Assembly: GCA_044344255.1 (NCBI GenBank)
Contig: JBIJDH010000017.1
Location: forward strand, 96,001 to 160,000
Direction: 5' to 3'
Source of the DNA: Myxococcota bacterium
GTDB lineage: Bacteria > Myxococcota_A > UBA796 > UBA2385
DNA length: 64,000 nt
Made by a program: the position numbers and the translations under genes. A model generated the notes under the pieces. That model made no database searches. It had not been told where the DNA came from and saw only the letters and a list, made by a program, of their open reading frames with translations. Positions 9,633-23,052 of this stretch are shown here, one piece after another. Numbering within the stretch: position 1 is the first letter of the stretch; each line of letters begins with the position of its first letter.

Positions 9633-10442
9633 CTAACGCGGCGCCTCCGGGGCCTGACTGAACCCGGCGGCCAGGAAGATCCGCATGCCCTCGGCGCCGC
9701 GGCAGTAGTCGAGCAGGCTCGCGGCCTCGGCCGGGTGGGCCGAGCCGCTCGTCACGGCCATCGGGTAGACGACGCGGAGGTGGCTGCTGGGCGGCAAGGT
9801 GAACGCGACCCTCACGCGGGGCTCGACCTTCGCGTCGGTCGCATAGACGACGCCGGCCTCCGCCTCTCCGGTCGCGACCCAGCCGAGCACGGTCCGCACA
9901 TTGTCCCCGCTCACCACCCGTCCTTCGACGGCGGCCCACGCGCCGAGGCTGCCGAGGGCGGCGCGCGCGTACCGCCCCGCCGGCACGTTCTCTCCGGCGA
10001 GCGCGAGGTGGCGGATGGCCGGGTCGCGGAGGTCGGAGGCCGCAGCGACGGCGAGGCGCGACCCAGCGGGGAGCACGACGACGAGGCTGTTCCCGAGGAG
10101 GTCTCTCCGGGTGGCCTTGTCGATGAGGCCCCGCTGCTCGAGGTGGTCCATCCACTCTGCGTCGGCGGAGAAGAAGGCGTCGACCGGGGCCCCGGACTCC
10201 ACCTGCTTGGCGAGGCGCGAGGAGGCGTCGAAGCTGAAGCTCACCGGGGGGTTCCCCCGCGCGGTCCAGGCGGCGGCCACCTTCTGGAGAGACTCGGTGA
10301 GGCTGGAGGCGGCGAGCACGGTGAGCGTCGGGCCGCCGTCGGTCTGCGGCCCGGCGATCGCAGGCCCGGACCCGCGCGAGGCCGCGAGCCCAGTGACCAG
10401 GAGGAGGCCCGCGAGCCCGCGGAGGACGGATCGACGGGTCAT
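9633..10442 (-). CDS. modA: Molybdate-binding periplasmic protein
   Basis: LAASSLTE, FDASSRLAKQVESGAPVDAFFSAD, VPAGRYA, GEAEAGVVYATDA. Confidence 0.9.
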   Translation of the reverse strand: MTRRSVLRGLAGLLLVTGLAASRGSGPAIAGPQTDGGPTLTVLAASSLTESLQKVAAAWTARGNPPVSFSFDASSRLAKQVESGAPVDAFFSADAEWMDHLEQRGLIDKATRRDLLGNSLVVVLPAGSRLAVAAASDLRDPAIRHLALAGENVPAGRYARAALGSLGAWAAVEGRVVSGDNVRTVLGWVATGEAEAGVVYATDAKVEPRVRVAFTLPPSSHLRVVYPMAVTSGSAHPAEAASLLDYCRGAEGMRIFLAAGFSQAPEAPR

Positions 10443-10589
10443 GTGGGCCTACTCCCCGTCGCCAGTATCCGCGGGTGACGGGCTGTCGAGCGCCCGCCCA
10501 CCCGCCGCCTGCTTCGCGGGCGCCTTCAGTCCCGACGACCGGGCCCGCGCGCAATTCCAGGTTAGCGCCGCCACTCGCCGGGAGCCCGC

Positions 10590-14282
<3,693 letters not shown>

Positions 14283-14303
14283 GCCCGACGCCCGTCCCCT
14301 GGA

Positions 14304-14506
14304 TCAACCACCGACCTGGACGCCCCACGCCTTCACCACGTTCTTCGGGTCCGCGGTGGCGATGTGGAGCGCCTGGGCCGCGGGCTGGGGCTTGATGCCG
14401 ACCTGGAACGCGTAGTTCACGGGCGACTGGACCTCGTTCGAGGGATCGTCCGCGATCGACAGGTGTACCCCTGGTAGATGTCCAGGTTCCTACGATATTC
14501 CGGCAT
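14304..14506 (-). pseudogene. Frameshifted, probably internally deleted gene remnant
   Basis: GAGGA...ATG then MPEYRRNLDIYQGY. After a frame change at about 14463 it continues LSIADDPSNEVQSPVNYAFQVGIKPQPAAQALHIATADPKNVVKAWGVQVGG* with GC3-rich codons. Confidence 0.55.
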
Positions 14507-14678
14507 GTTGGCTCGTCCTCATCAGAGCACCATCGTACAACCGTCGCCCCGGCAGGCCGGGGAGGAGGCGGTCTTCGGGGTGACAGCCGGCGCCGAAACG
14601 CGCGGGTTATCCGATGGAGGCACGCGGCGATCCGGGCCCTCCCTTCGCCTGAAGCCGCCACCCGCCTCAGGTCGCGCC

Positions 14679-16841
14679 ATGCTGCTGTTCCTGCTCGCCT
14701 GCACCACCGAGCCGTCCCTCTCCGACGGGCGGCCGGGCCAGCCCGCCGGGGCCGCCCAGCGCGCCACAGAGGGAGACGGCGACACAGACGGGCTCCTCGC
14801 GAGCGCCGCGGCGGCCACCTGGACCGGGACCGGCATCAACGACCAGCTCGGCGCCGCGGTGGCCTTCGTCGGCGATCTGAACGGAGACGGCTTCGATGAC
14901 GTCGCCATCGGCGCGCACCACGACGACGTCACCATCGGCCGAGTGGCGATCGGCCGTGTCTTTATCTACCACGGCTCCGCCGCGGGGCCGTGGGCGAGCC
15001 CCGCGACGACCCTCACCGGCGAAGGTGACCAGGACCGCTTCGGCGTCGCGCTCGCCCCCGCGGGCGACGTGAACGGAGACGGCTTCGCCGACCTCCTCGT
15101 CGGCGCCACCGACTACTTCAGCGACCTCGCCGAGCTGGCCGGCTACGCCTCCGTCTTCCACGGCTCGGCGAGCGGGCTCGTCGAGGCGACCGCCCTCACC
15201 CTCTCCGGTGCCGAGGAGGGCGCGGCGCTCGGTGGGGCCCTCGCCGGGGCCGGTGATGTGAACGGCGACGGCTACGACGACGTCCTCATCGGGGCCAGCG
15301 GGATGGCCAACGGCGCCCTCGCGGGGGCGGGGCAGGTCACCCTGCACCTGGGCTCCCCCGCTGGGCTCGACCCCACCCCCAGCCTCACCCTCTCCGGGAG
15401 CAGCGCGGGGGAGGCCTTCGGCGCGGCGGTGGCGGGGGCCGGCGATGTCAACGGTGATGGATACGGCGACGTGCTCATCGGCGCCGACCAGCACGAGAGC
15501 GGCGGCTACCCGGAATGCGGGCGGGCGGCGGTCTACCACGGCTCCGCCGCCGGCCTCGACGCCGGCCCCACGCGCACCTACACCGGCGTGTACGGCAGCC
15601 GCCTCGGCGGGGCGGTCGCCGGAGCGGGAGACGTCAACGGTGACGGCTACGACGATGTCCTCATCGGCGCCCCCGGTCAATGGGCCGGCGCGGTCCCCGA
15701 GGTCGGGGAGGTCACGCTCTACCACGGCTCCGCCGCGGGGGTGGGCACCGCGACGGCTTGGCGGCTCACCGGCGACGAAGAGGGCGACAACCTCGGCTTC
15801 GCCCTCTCCCCCGCGGGCGACCTCAACGCCGACGGCTACGCCGACGTCGTGGTCGGCGCAGACGGCTCCGGGGCGGGCGGCGTCCCCAGCGCGGGCGCCG
15901 TCCTGGCCTTCCATGGGTCGGCGAGCGGCCTCGAGCCGAGCCCGGTCCGCACCCTCGGCGGCGGCGCCGAGGGGGACCACTTCGGCGCCGCGGTGTCGGG
16001 CGGCGGCGACGTCGACGCGGATGGCTACGACGATGTCCTCGTCGGGGCCTGGGCCTACAGCGGCCTCGTCAACGCCGGGGGGCAGGCGAGCCTGTACCTT
16101 GGCTACGCCGATGATGACGGCGACGGCGTCCTCGGCGACCTGGACTGTGACGACCACGACGCCGGCGTGGGGGCGGCGAGCGCGCAGGCGGTGGACGGCG
16201 ACGGGGACGGCTACGGCGGCCCCGACACCACCCTCGCCTGCCCCGGCGCGCCCGGCACCGCCGACGACACGCTCGACTGCGACGACAGCCGCGACGACGT
16301 CTCCCCCGCCGCCGCCGAGCGCTGCGACGGGGGCCCCACCGACAGCGCCGGCGGGACCGACGAGGACTGTGACGACCTCATCGACGACGACGATCCGAGC
16401 CTCGACCCGAGCAGCGCCAGCCCCTGGCACCCCGACGCCGATGGCGACGGCTTCGGCGACCCCACCGCTCAAAGGCTCGCCTGCGTGGCCCTGCCCGGTG
16501 AGGTCGCCGACGACCAGGACTGCGATGACGGAGACCCCGCGCGCCACCCCGGCGCCCCCGAGCGCTGCGACGCCGGCGACGACGACTGCGACGGTGAGAT
16601 TGACGAGGGGCTCGACTGCGACGGCGCGCCGGACAGCGGCACCCCCGCCGACGGGGAGGGCGGCGGGGGGGGCGACGGGGATGGCGACGGCGGCGCCGAC
16701 GGCGGCGAGGGCAAGGGCGGCTGCGCCACAGCGGGCCTCGGGGCGGCCGGCGAGGGGTGGCCGGCCGCCTGGGCAGCCTCAGCTTTGCTCGCGGCCCTCA
16801 CCCGCCGCCGCAGCGGCCGCGGCCCCTCGCTCAGGGGGTGA
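14679..16841 (+). CDS. Surface protein with seven FG-GAP (integrin-alpha) repeats, MopE-type DCDD repeats and a MYXO-CTERM-like tail
   Basis: Seven G-D-x-(N/D)-x-D-G-(F/Y)-x-D repeats (e.g. GDVNGDGYDD); DCDD...HPGAPERCD..DDDCDG; tail GKGGCAT...ALLAALTRRR. Confidence 0.88.
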   Translation: MLLFLLACTTEPSLSDGRPGQPAGAAQRATEGDGDTDGLLASAAAATWTGTGINDQLGAAVAFVGDLNGDGFDDVAIGAHHDDVTIGRVAIGRVFIYHGSAAGPWASPATTLTGEGDQDRFGVALAPAGDVNGDGFADLLVGATDYFSDLAELAGYASVFHGSASGLVEATALTLSGAEEGAALGGALAGAGDVNGDGYDDVLIGASGMANGALAGAGQVTLHLGSPAGLDPTPSLTLSGSSAGEAFGAAVAGAGDVNGDGYGDVLIGADQHESGGYPECGRAAVYHGSAAGLDAGPTRTYTGVYGSRLGGAVAGAGDVNGDGYDDVLIGAPGQWAGAVPEVGEVTLYHGSAAGVGTATAWRLTGDEEGDNLGFALSPAGDLNADGYADVVVGADGSGAGGVPSAGAVLAFHGSASGLEPSPVRTLGGGAEGDHFGAAVSGGGDVDADGYDDVLVGAWAYSGLVNAGGQASLYLGYADDDGDGVLGDLDCDDHDAGVGAASAQAVDGDGDGYGGPDTTLACPGAPGTADDTLDCDDSRDDVSPAAAERCDGGPTDSAGGTDEDCDDLIDDDDPSLDPSSASPWHPDADGDGFGDPTAQRLACVALPGEVADDQDCDDGDPARHPGAPERCDAGDDDCDGEIDEGLDCDGAPDSGTPADGEGGGGGDGDGDGGADGGEGKGGCATAGLGAAGEGWPAAWAASALLAALTRRRSGRGPSLRG

Positions 16842-16910
16842 CGCGCTCAGGGGGGTGACGCGCTCAGGGGGGTGACGCGCTCAGGGGGGTGACGCGCTCA
16901 GGGGGTGACA
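16828..16910. repeat. Five tandem 16-17 bp units CGCTCA(G5-6)TGACG between convergent genes
   Basis: Units at 16828, 16844, 16861, 16878 and 16895; no spacers. Confidence 0.92.
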
Positions 16911-17578
16911 CCCTCCGCGGGCGCGCCCTCCGCCTTCGGGCTGGCCCGCACCTCGAAGGCCGGCAAGACCTCGCGGGTCCGGCTCTGGCCGAACAGATTC
17001 ACGAAGGTGCGGTAGAGCCGGACGTAGGCGGCGTCGAATTGGACGCTCGCGAGGTCGAGCTCACGGCCGCGGGCGTGGCGGGCGCGGGTCGCGACCTCGT
17101 CCTGCACCGCGAGGGGCTGGAGGGCGGCGGTGGCGGCGGACAGGGCCGCGAGGTGGCCGGGGTCACCGTTGAGCTCGGGGTGACCGGGGAGCTTGAGCAG
17201 GAGGTCGGACATGCGGTTCGCCTGGTCCCCGTAGGGGAGCCGACAGAGGTCGGAGATGGCGAGCCCGCCCGTGAGGGCGGTCAAGCGGCTGACGAGGCTG
17301 CGCCCCCGCTCATCGCGGAGGCTGCCGGCCCAGCGGCGGGCCGCGTCGTCGAAGGCGACGTCAGCGCTGTCGGCTTCGGCGGAGGCCAGGGACGCCAGCG
17401 CCGCGGCCTCGCGGTGGGCGACGAGCGCCGCTGCCCAGGCCTCCGCCGAGGCGCGGAAGATGCGGGCCTCGGCGGCGCGCGCGTCCACGTCGGCGGAGGG
17501 GGCGGCGAGGAAGGCGTCTACGGCGCGGTGGATGGTGGAGCGTTCAGAGTGGGAGCGGGGTCGGACGCGCAGGGTCAT
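16898..17578 (-). CDS. Hypothetical Ala-rich, probably all-helical protein
   Basis: GGAGG ribosome-binding site before ATG 17578; 226 codons with GC3-rich usage. Confidence 0.75.
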   Translation of the reverse strand: MTLRVRPRSHSERSTIHRAVDAFLAAPSADVDARAAEARIFRASAEAWAAALVAHREAAALASLASAEADSADVAFDDAARRWAGSLRDERGRSLVSRLTALTGGLAISDLCRLPYGDQANRMSDLLLKLPGHPELNGDPGHLAALSAATAALQPLAVQDEVATRARHARGRELDLASVQFDAAYVRLYRTFVNLFGQSRTREVLPAFEVRASPKAEGAPAEGVTP

Positions 17579-17764
17579 GGTCCCTCCAAAGGGGATGGGG
17601 TGGACAGGCTGTCGGGGCGAGGCCGGTGACCGACCGTCGGCCACCCTCGCGGGGTCGGTCTTTGCAACCCCCGTGCCGTCGTAATTCCAGTGACTTACAC
17701 GACTACACCTGTCCAAACTGTCCAATCTTCCGTCGACGGTTTCGGTCACCCCCCCCTCCGAATG

Positions 17765-18058
17765 TCGGGCAGCGGGCCGATCGCGCGGCGGACCCCGCCT
17801 CGCTGGTCGAGGGGCCGCCGGAACGCGCGCCGGGGTCGCCCGCGACGGCCGCGGAGGGGCCTGTCAAGGCGGCGCGCTCCCCGCCGATGGTCGAGGTCGG
17901 GCCCAGGGGACCCTCCGCCGCGCCCCCGCGCGTCGAAGGGGAGCCCGATGGACCGTCGGGGCCGAGCCGGACCGGCGCAGCCGAGCCCGCACGCGCCGCA
18001 GCGCCGTCCCCGACGCGCGAGGGAGGGCCCGACGTTCCAAGGTGGCCCCCGCTTTGCC
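17765..18058. repeat. Degenerate 42-bp periodic array, about 7 units
   Basis: Units starting at 17765, 17807, 17849, 17891, 17933, 17975 and 18017 share nCG at the start; six of seven have GCC at unit positions 11-13. Confidence 0.6.
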
Positions 18059-18105
18059 CTGTCGGCGGCGCCCAGAGCCGTGTAGGCTGCGCGACCGGAG
18101 GTGTA

Positions 18106-19404
18106 ATGGTCACCGCGCTCACCCTGTTCTCCATCTCCGCCCTGCTCGCCCTCTCGACGGGCCCCCGCGCTGAGGCCGGAAGCGTCTTCGCCACGGTGGA
18201 GGCCGAGACCACCCTCGGCCTCGGCGGCACCTGGTCTCGTGTGCACCCCTCTGAAGCGGGCTGGTGGTTCTTTCAGTCCGCCGGCCGGGACTACTGGGCG
18301 GAAGACCTCGACCTGGAGCTCGGCGGCTATGACGACCAGGCTCGCATCCAGCTCACCGAGCGGGGCGACCTCCAAGACGTCCAGGTGGAGCGTTGCCCCG
18401 ACGGCGGCTGGCTCGTCTTCGCGAGCGCCACCGGGGAGGGCGCCGACGACTCCGGCTTCGCCTTCCGCTTCACCGCCGACTTCACGCCCACGAGCCAGAT
18501 CACGATCGAAGAGGGGGCCACGGACCGCGCGCACAACGACATGGTCGGCCTCTGCACCGACATCGTCACTGGGGTGGCCTACACCAACCGCACGGGCGGC
18601 GGCTCGACCTTCTTCGACATCGAGGGCGACGCGGTGGGCGCCAGCCACACCATTGACTTCACCGCGATGGGGGCCTCGCTCTCGGTCCGGGAGTCGGACG
18701 GGCGCATCATCGGCGTGGACGTGCAGGGGCCGGCCAGCCGCGAGATCCGCATCACCACCTTTGAGACGGACTGGACGGTGGTGGATCGAATGGAGGTCAC
18801 CGTCCCCGAAGGCTACGCCTTCTGGCCCCAGCGCCTGCTCCCCTACGGCGACGGCTGGCTCGTCGCCTACCTCGCCCGCAACGACACGAGCGGCCATGGG
18901 GACGGCCCAGTCTGGGTCCTCGCGCTCGACGCCAACTTCCAGATCGTCGACAGCGTGCAGGTCACCACCGATGAGATGCCGGCCGGCCGGCCTTGGCTCG
19001 CCCGCAACGGAGACACGCTGGCGGTCTCCTATGATCGGGAGGTGCAGCCGCGCATCACGCTCGTCCGCCTCGCCTCGGGGAGCCTCCCCGAGGACGACGG
19101 CATCCCCGACACAGGGCCCGCGAGCGGCGGCGCGGAGGACACGGCCTCCGACAGCGGGAGCGACGGGAAGGGCTGCGGCTGCGCCGCCGCCGACACACCG
19201 ACGACCGAGGGCGGCGCGGTCCGCCCGCTCAGTCTCGGCGTGCTGGCCGCCGGCCTCCTCACCCTCGCCCGCCGCGGGCGATCCTATTCGGTCGGACCGC
19301 GCAGAGACGGAGACAATCAGCCGTCCCAGTGCACCAGGTGCAGGTCCTGGAACAGCCCCTCTTCTTCCGCGTCAAAGGCGGCCGAGAAGTTCACGCGAAT
19401 GTAG
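18106..19404 (+). CDS. Secreted beta-rich (probably propeller) protein with a MYXO-CTERM-like tail
   Basis: GGAGG before ATG; signal peptide ending AEA; tail GKGCGC...LGVLAAGLLTLARRGR. Confidence 0.75.
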   Translation: MVTALTLFSISALLALSTGPRAEAGSVFATVEAETTLGLGGTWSRVHPSEAGWWFFQSAGRDYWAEDLDLELGGYDDQARIQLTERGDLQDVQVERCPDGGWLVFASATGEGADDSGFAFRFTADFTPTSQITIEEGATDRAHNDMVGLCTDIVTGVAYTNRTGGGSTFFDIEGDAVGASHTIDFTAMGASLSVRESDGRIIGVDVQGPASREIRITTFETDWTVVDRMEVTVPEGYAFWPQRLLPYGDGWLVAYLARNDTSGHGDGPVWVLALDANFQIVDSVQVTTDEMPAGRPWLARNGDTLAVSYDREVQPRITLVRLASGSLPEDDGIPDTGPASGGAEDTASDSGSDGKGCGCAAADTPTTEGGAVRPLSLGVLAAGLLTLARRGRSYSVGPRRDGDNQPSQCTRCRSWNSPSSSASKAAEKFTRM

Positions 19405-19928
19405 TCCCGCTCAGCCATGGTCGGGCCCTTGCCCTCCGAGACACCGAGCTCAACCAGCGTGTCTCGAAACAGAGGATCATCCGGGTAACAGTACAACATC
19501 CCGATCTCTTCGAGCACCACCTGCTCTCCGAGGGCGCCGCGGATCCAGAGCTGATGCCGACCGTCTTGGTAGATCAGGCCTCGGTAGCGCTCCATCGCCT
19601 GGAGCAGCCGATCCCCCGGGAGCTCGACCGCGACGGAATTTCGAGGCTTCGGGAGCTGGCCTTTCGTCTTGCGGTCGGTCAGCTGGCTGTACAGCAGCTT
19701 GAGCGGCGCCGCGAGCGCCGAGACGAGGGCCCGGTGCACCGCCTCCATCCGCTCCGGCGGCAGGCTGATCACGAGCCGCGTGAAGCCGCCAGGCAGGAGC
19801 TCGGCCTTGAAGAAGGCCTGGGGCACAAAGCCATCCGCCTCCCCCTGAGCGGTGACACTCTCGGCCTTCGGGACGAAGCCGTTCGCGGGTGGGACGGGCG
19901 GGGCGGCGGGCGGCGGTGAGGCAGACAT
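19317..19928 (-). CDS. Hypothetical protein
   Basis: Globular-looking 203-aa ORF (QDGRHQLWIRG, LYCYPDDP) with normal codon bias. Confidence 0.7.
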   Translation of the reverse strand: MSASPPPAAPPVPPANGFVPKAESVTAQGEADGFVPQAFFKAELLPGGFTRLVISLPPERMEAVHRALVSALAAPLKLLYSQLTDRKTKGQLPKPRNSVAVELPGDRLLQAMERYRGLIYQDGRHQLWIRGALGEQVVLEEIGMLYCYPDDPLFRDTLVELGVSEGKGPTMAERDYIRVNFSAAFDAEEEGLFQDLHLVHWDG

Positions 19929-20012
19929 GCCGGCGCGCAGTAACACTACCTCCCGGGCCTCGCTTGACGAGCGGCCGGGTGGAGGGCATGACGAGGGCCC
20001 CTCGGAAGAGCC

Positions 20013-21110
20013 ATGAACGCGACCGCCCCGCACCCCTACCCGACCGCCTACACCATCCGCGACATCCGGGTGGAGCCCAACGTGGTGCTGGCGCCGATGG
20101 AAGGCGTGACCGACCTCACCTTCCGCCGTCTGATCCGGAACATCGGCGGCGCCGGCATGACCACCACCGAGTTCATCGCCAGCGAGGGCCTCAAGCGAGG
20201 CGTCGGTCGCCTGATGGACATGGCCGCCTTCGACCCCGACGAGCGCCCGATCGCGATCCAGATCTATGGACGCCGCCCCGACTCCATGGCCGAGGCCGCG
20301 CGCATCGTCCAGGATCTCGGCGCCACGGTCTGCGACATCAACATGGGCTGCCCGAGCAAGAAGGTGTGCGCGCACTCAGGGGGCTCCTCCCTGCTCCGCG
20401 AGCCTGCCCTGGCCATCGAGATCGTTCGCGCCGTGCGGGCCGCCATTCAGATCCCGCTCACCGTGAAGATGCGGAGCGGCTTCGACCACCACAGCCGCAA
20501 CGCGCCCGACCTCGCCGTCGCCCTTGAGCAGGAGGGCGTGGAGGGCATCACGATCCACTGGCGCACCCGCACCGACCTCTACGGAGGGGAGCGGGCCGTC
20601 GACAAGATCGCCGAGGCCAAGTCCCGCCTGCGCATCCCGGTCATCGGCAACGGCGACATCACCGACATCCCAAGCGCGATGAAGATGTTCGAGGACACCG
20701 GCTGCGACGGGCTGATGATCGGTCGCGGCGCCATTCGCAACCCCTGGGTGCTGCTCCAGGTGAGCCAGCACCTCCGGGGGGAGCCGGTGGTCGAGGTCAC
20801 CGCGGCCGAGCGGCGCCGCGTCCTGCTGGGCTACCTCGACTCGCTCCGCCCCGTCTTCATCCGCGAGCGCGCGGTGCTCGGTCGCTTCAAGAAGATCGCC
20901 AACTACTTCACGAAGGGCCTGCCCTACGGCTCGGAGCTGCGGGTGGGGATCCTCCACTCGCAGACCATCGACGAGGCCGTCGACCTCACCGAGGACTTCT
21001 TCCGTCGCCTCGGCATGTGGGAGGCCGGCGACCACAGCGTCTTCCACAGCCTTCAGGGCGAGGCGGGCGAGGGTTCGGACGAGAGCACGGATGCGACCAC
21101 CGGCGCGTAG
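20013..21110 (+). CDS. dusB: tRNA dihydrouridine synthase
   Basis: LAPMEGVTD, DINMGCPSKKV, PLTVKMRSG, PVIGNGDI, GLMIGRGAIRNPW. Confidence 0.92.
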   Translation: MNATAPHPYPTAYTIRDIRVEPNVVLAPMEGVTDLTFRRLIRNIGGAGMTTTEFIASEGLKRGVGRLMDMAAFDPDERPIAIQIYGRRPDSMAEAARIVQDLGATVCDINMGCPSKKVCAHSGGSSLLREPALAIEIVRAVRAAIQIPLTVKMRSGFDHHSRNAPDLAVALEQEGVEGITIHWRTRTDLYGGERAVDKIAEAKSRLRIPVIGNGDITDIPSAMKMFEDTGCDGLMIGRGAIRNPWVLLQVSQHLRGEPVVEVTAAERRRVLLGYLDSLRPVFIRERAVLGRFKKIANYFTKGLPYGSELRVGILHSQTIDEAVDLTEDFFRRLGMWEAGDHSVFHSLQGEAGEGSDESTDATTGA

Positions 21111-22195
21111 GCCTCCGCGGCAGCGGCGTGGCCCGCCGGGGTCCAGTGGCCGTCGAAGGTGAAGTAGGTGGGGCCCACGGCTTGGGCGGCGAGGAGCGCC
21201 GGCGCGAGGTCGACGACGTGGAAGGAGCGGGGCATCACCTGGAGCAGGGCGGCCCGGGGGGCGTCGAGGTCGACGGACTCGACGGGCAGCCCGACGAGCG
21301 CGAAGGTGGCCGGGACCCGCGACGTGTCGATGGTGAAGGAGGTGGGCGCCACGCCGAGCACCACCGGGAGCCCTGCGGCCTCCGCGACGCGGGAGAGCTC
21401 GGCGAGGGCGCGGCCGGTGCAGCCGATCCAGCGGCGGAGCTGCACGGGCTCGACGTACATCGAGAGCTCGTCGCGGTAGCGCTCAAGGCGCCGACCATCG
21501 GAGCGCAGCGAGCGGCCCTCCAAGTAGATCGTAAGCCAGGTGTAGAGGTAGCTCCAGCGCCGCAGCTCATGGTCGACGATGGCCGTCGGGCGCCGATCTC
21601 CGCTGCGTCGGTCTGCGCCGCGCTGGGGGTGCCGCGGGCCGCGATACTCGCAATTGTCCCAGAGATCATTCCCGAGGAAGAAGGTCACGATCAGCGCGTC
21701 CGGCTTCAATTCGGCCTGCAGGCGTTGGAGCTGGGCGAGCTCATCCCAGGTGCCGTGGCTGTCGACGCCGCCGTTGGCCACGCTCACCGGCGCGCCCGTG
21801 CGGGCGCTGAGGTCGACCGCGAGGCGCTCGACGAAGGTGTCGGCCTCCGCGACCTGCGCGGCGAGGGTGAAGGAGTCGCCTACGGCAAGCAAGCGCCGCT
21901 CACCCGGCCCGCGCGGAGGGAGGCCGGGCCCGCGGAGGCCGAGGGCGTCGACCCGCACGAAGGTGTTGTACTCGAGGGTGCGGTAGGGGGCGCTCGCCCC
22001 GGGGGTGAGCGCGATGCGCCCCGCCTCATCGACCTGGAAGAGGGAGGCGTCGGTGAGGGCGGGGGTGTTGGCGAGCAGCCAGGAGGCCCCCATCGGGCGG
22101 GTGAGGCGCAGCCCCCCCTCCGCCAGCCCCAGGCCCACCAGAAGGCCGACGGCCGCGAGGGAGAGGCGGCCGAGGGCGCGGCCGGCCGCGCTCAC
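21053..22195 (-). CDS. SGNH/GDSL hydrolase-fold protein (AlgX/AlgJ-like), membrane anchored
   Basis: AVGDSFT, FFLGNDLWD, FDGHWTPAGH; N-terminal TM segment. Confidence 0.82.
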   Translation of the reverse strand: MSAAGRALGRLSLAAVGLLVGLGLAEGGLRLTRPMGASWLLANTPALTDASLFQVDEAGRIALTPGASAPYRTLEYNTFVRVDALGLRGPGLPPRGPGERRLLAVGDSFTLAAQVAEADTFVERLAVDLSARTGAPVSVANGGVDSHGTWDELAQLQRLQAELKPDALIVTFFLGNDLWDNCEYRGPRHPQRGADRRSGDRRPTAIVDHELRRWSYLYTWLTIYLEGRSLRSDGRRLERYRDELSMYVEPVQLRRWIGCTGRALAELSRVAEAAGLPVVLGVAPTSFTIDTSRVPATFALVGLPVESVDLDAPRAALLQVMPRSFHVVDLAPALLAAQAVGPTYFTFDGHWTPAGHAAAAEAYAPVVASVLSSEPSPASP

Positions 22196-23052
22196 TTCAG
22201 CCAGGCCGAGGGCTCATGGAAGGCCTCGGTCACCGCCCGCCAAAGGGTGGACAGGGCGTCGCGCACCGGGGCCCCCTCCACCCCCACCCGCCGCTCGCCC
22301 ACCCGGCGCAGGCCCGGGGTGGCGAGCATCATCCGGTCGGCCATCTCGCGCCGGTGGGTCTCGAGCTCCGCCACCACGAGGCCCTTCACGCAATAGGGGT
22401 GGAATTCGCCCGCCCGCCGCCGGATCACCGCCCGCGCCGCCGCGTCCCGCAGCAAGGGGCCGGTGTAGCGGGGGCCCCAGCACTCGGCGATGTTGAAGCC
22501 GAGGGCCCGCTTGGTGACGGGGAGCTCGGCGTCGGGGAGGTGGGTAGCGGCCTCGGCGCGGAGGTCGTCTGCGCCCGCGACCAGCGCCACCGGCACCCCG
22601 AAGCTCCCGCAGATGGCGGCGTTTATCGCAGTCTCTCCCCAGACATCTCCGTTCACGGTGATCTCGTGGACGATCGCCCCCGCCCAGGTGTGGCTGAGGA
22701 GCCCGCCCGGCGTGCCCGCCCGGCTGTGGAAGCCGATGAAGAAGGCAAGATCGAAGCCCTCGTCGAGGCCGGCGATCTGGCAGAGCGGCTTGTTCGTCCA
22801 GAGGGCCGGCCCGCGCACCAGGCGGGCCTCGGCGGGGAGCTCCTCGAGCAGGATGTTGCGCATGTGGGCGTGTCCCTCCGAGATCACGACCTCGCGCACC
22901 CCCTGGGCGATCGCCCCCTCCGCCGCGGCGACGACATCCGCGGTGAGCATCTTGCAGCCGGCGACATAGGCCGCTCCGCCATCCGGCATCAGCTGATCCC
23001 GGTGGACGATCCCTGTCGCCCCCTCCATGTCCGCGCAGATGAACAGCCGCAT
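22192..23052 (-). CDS. dppA: D-aminopeptidase, M55 family
   Basis: MRLFICADMEGATG, SEGHAHMRN, FIGFHSRAG, LLSHT, GETAINA. Confidence 0.9.
   Translation of the reverse strand: MRLFICADMEGATGIVHRDQLMPDGGAAYVAGCKMLTADVVAAAEGAIAQGVREVVISEGHAHMRNILLEELPAEARLVRGPALWTNKPLCQIAGLDEGFDLAFFIGFHSRAGTPGGLLSHTWAGAIVHEITVNGDVWGETAINAAICGSFGVPVALVAGADDLRAEAATHLPDAELPVTKRALGFNIAECWGPRYTGPLLRDAAARAVIRRRAGEFHPYCVKGLVVAELETHRREMADRMMLATPGLRRVGERRVGVEGAPVRDALSTLWRAVTEAFHEPSAWLK

Noticed and set aside
16828..16910. Possible CRISPR array
   Set aside because: Units are 16-17 bp and contiguous, with no spacers, and there are no cas genes.
17626..18105. N-terminal extension of the 18106 gene as called by the ORF track
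   Set aside because: A good ribosome-binding site and signal peptide begin at 18106; the upstream part is reported separately as a periodic array.
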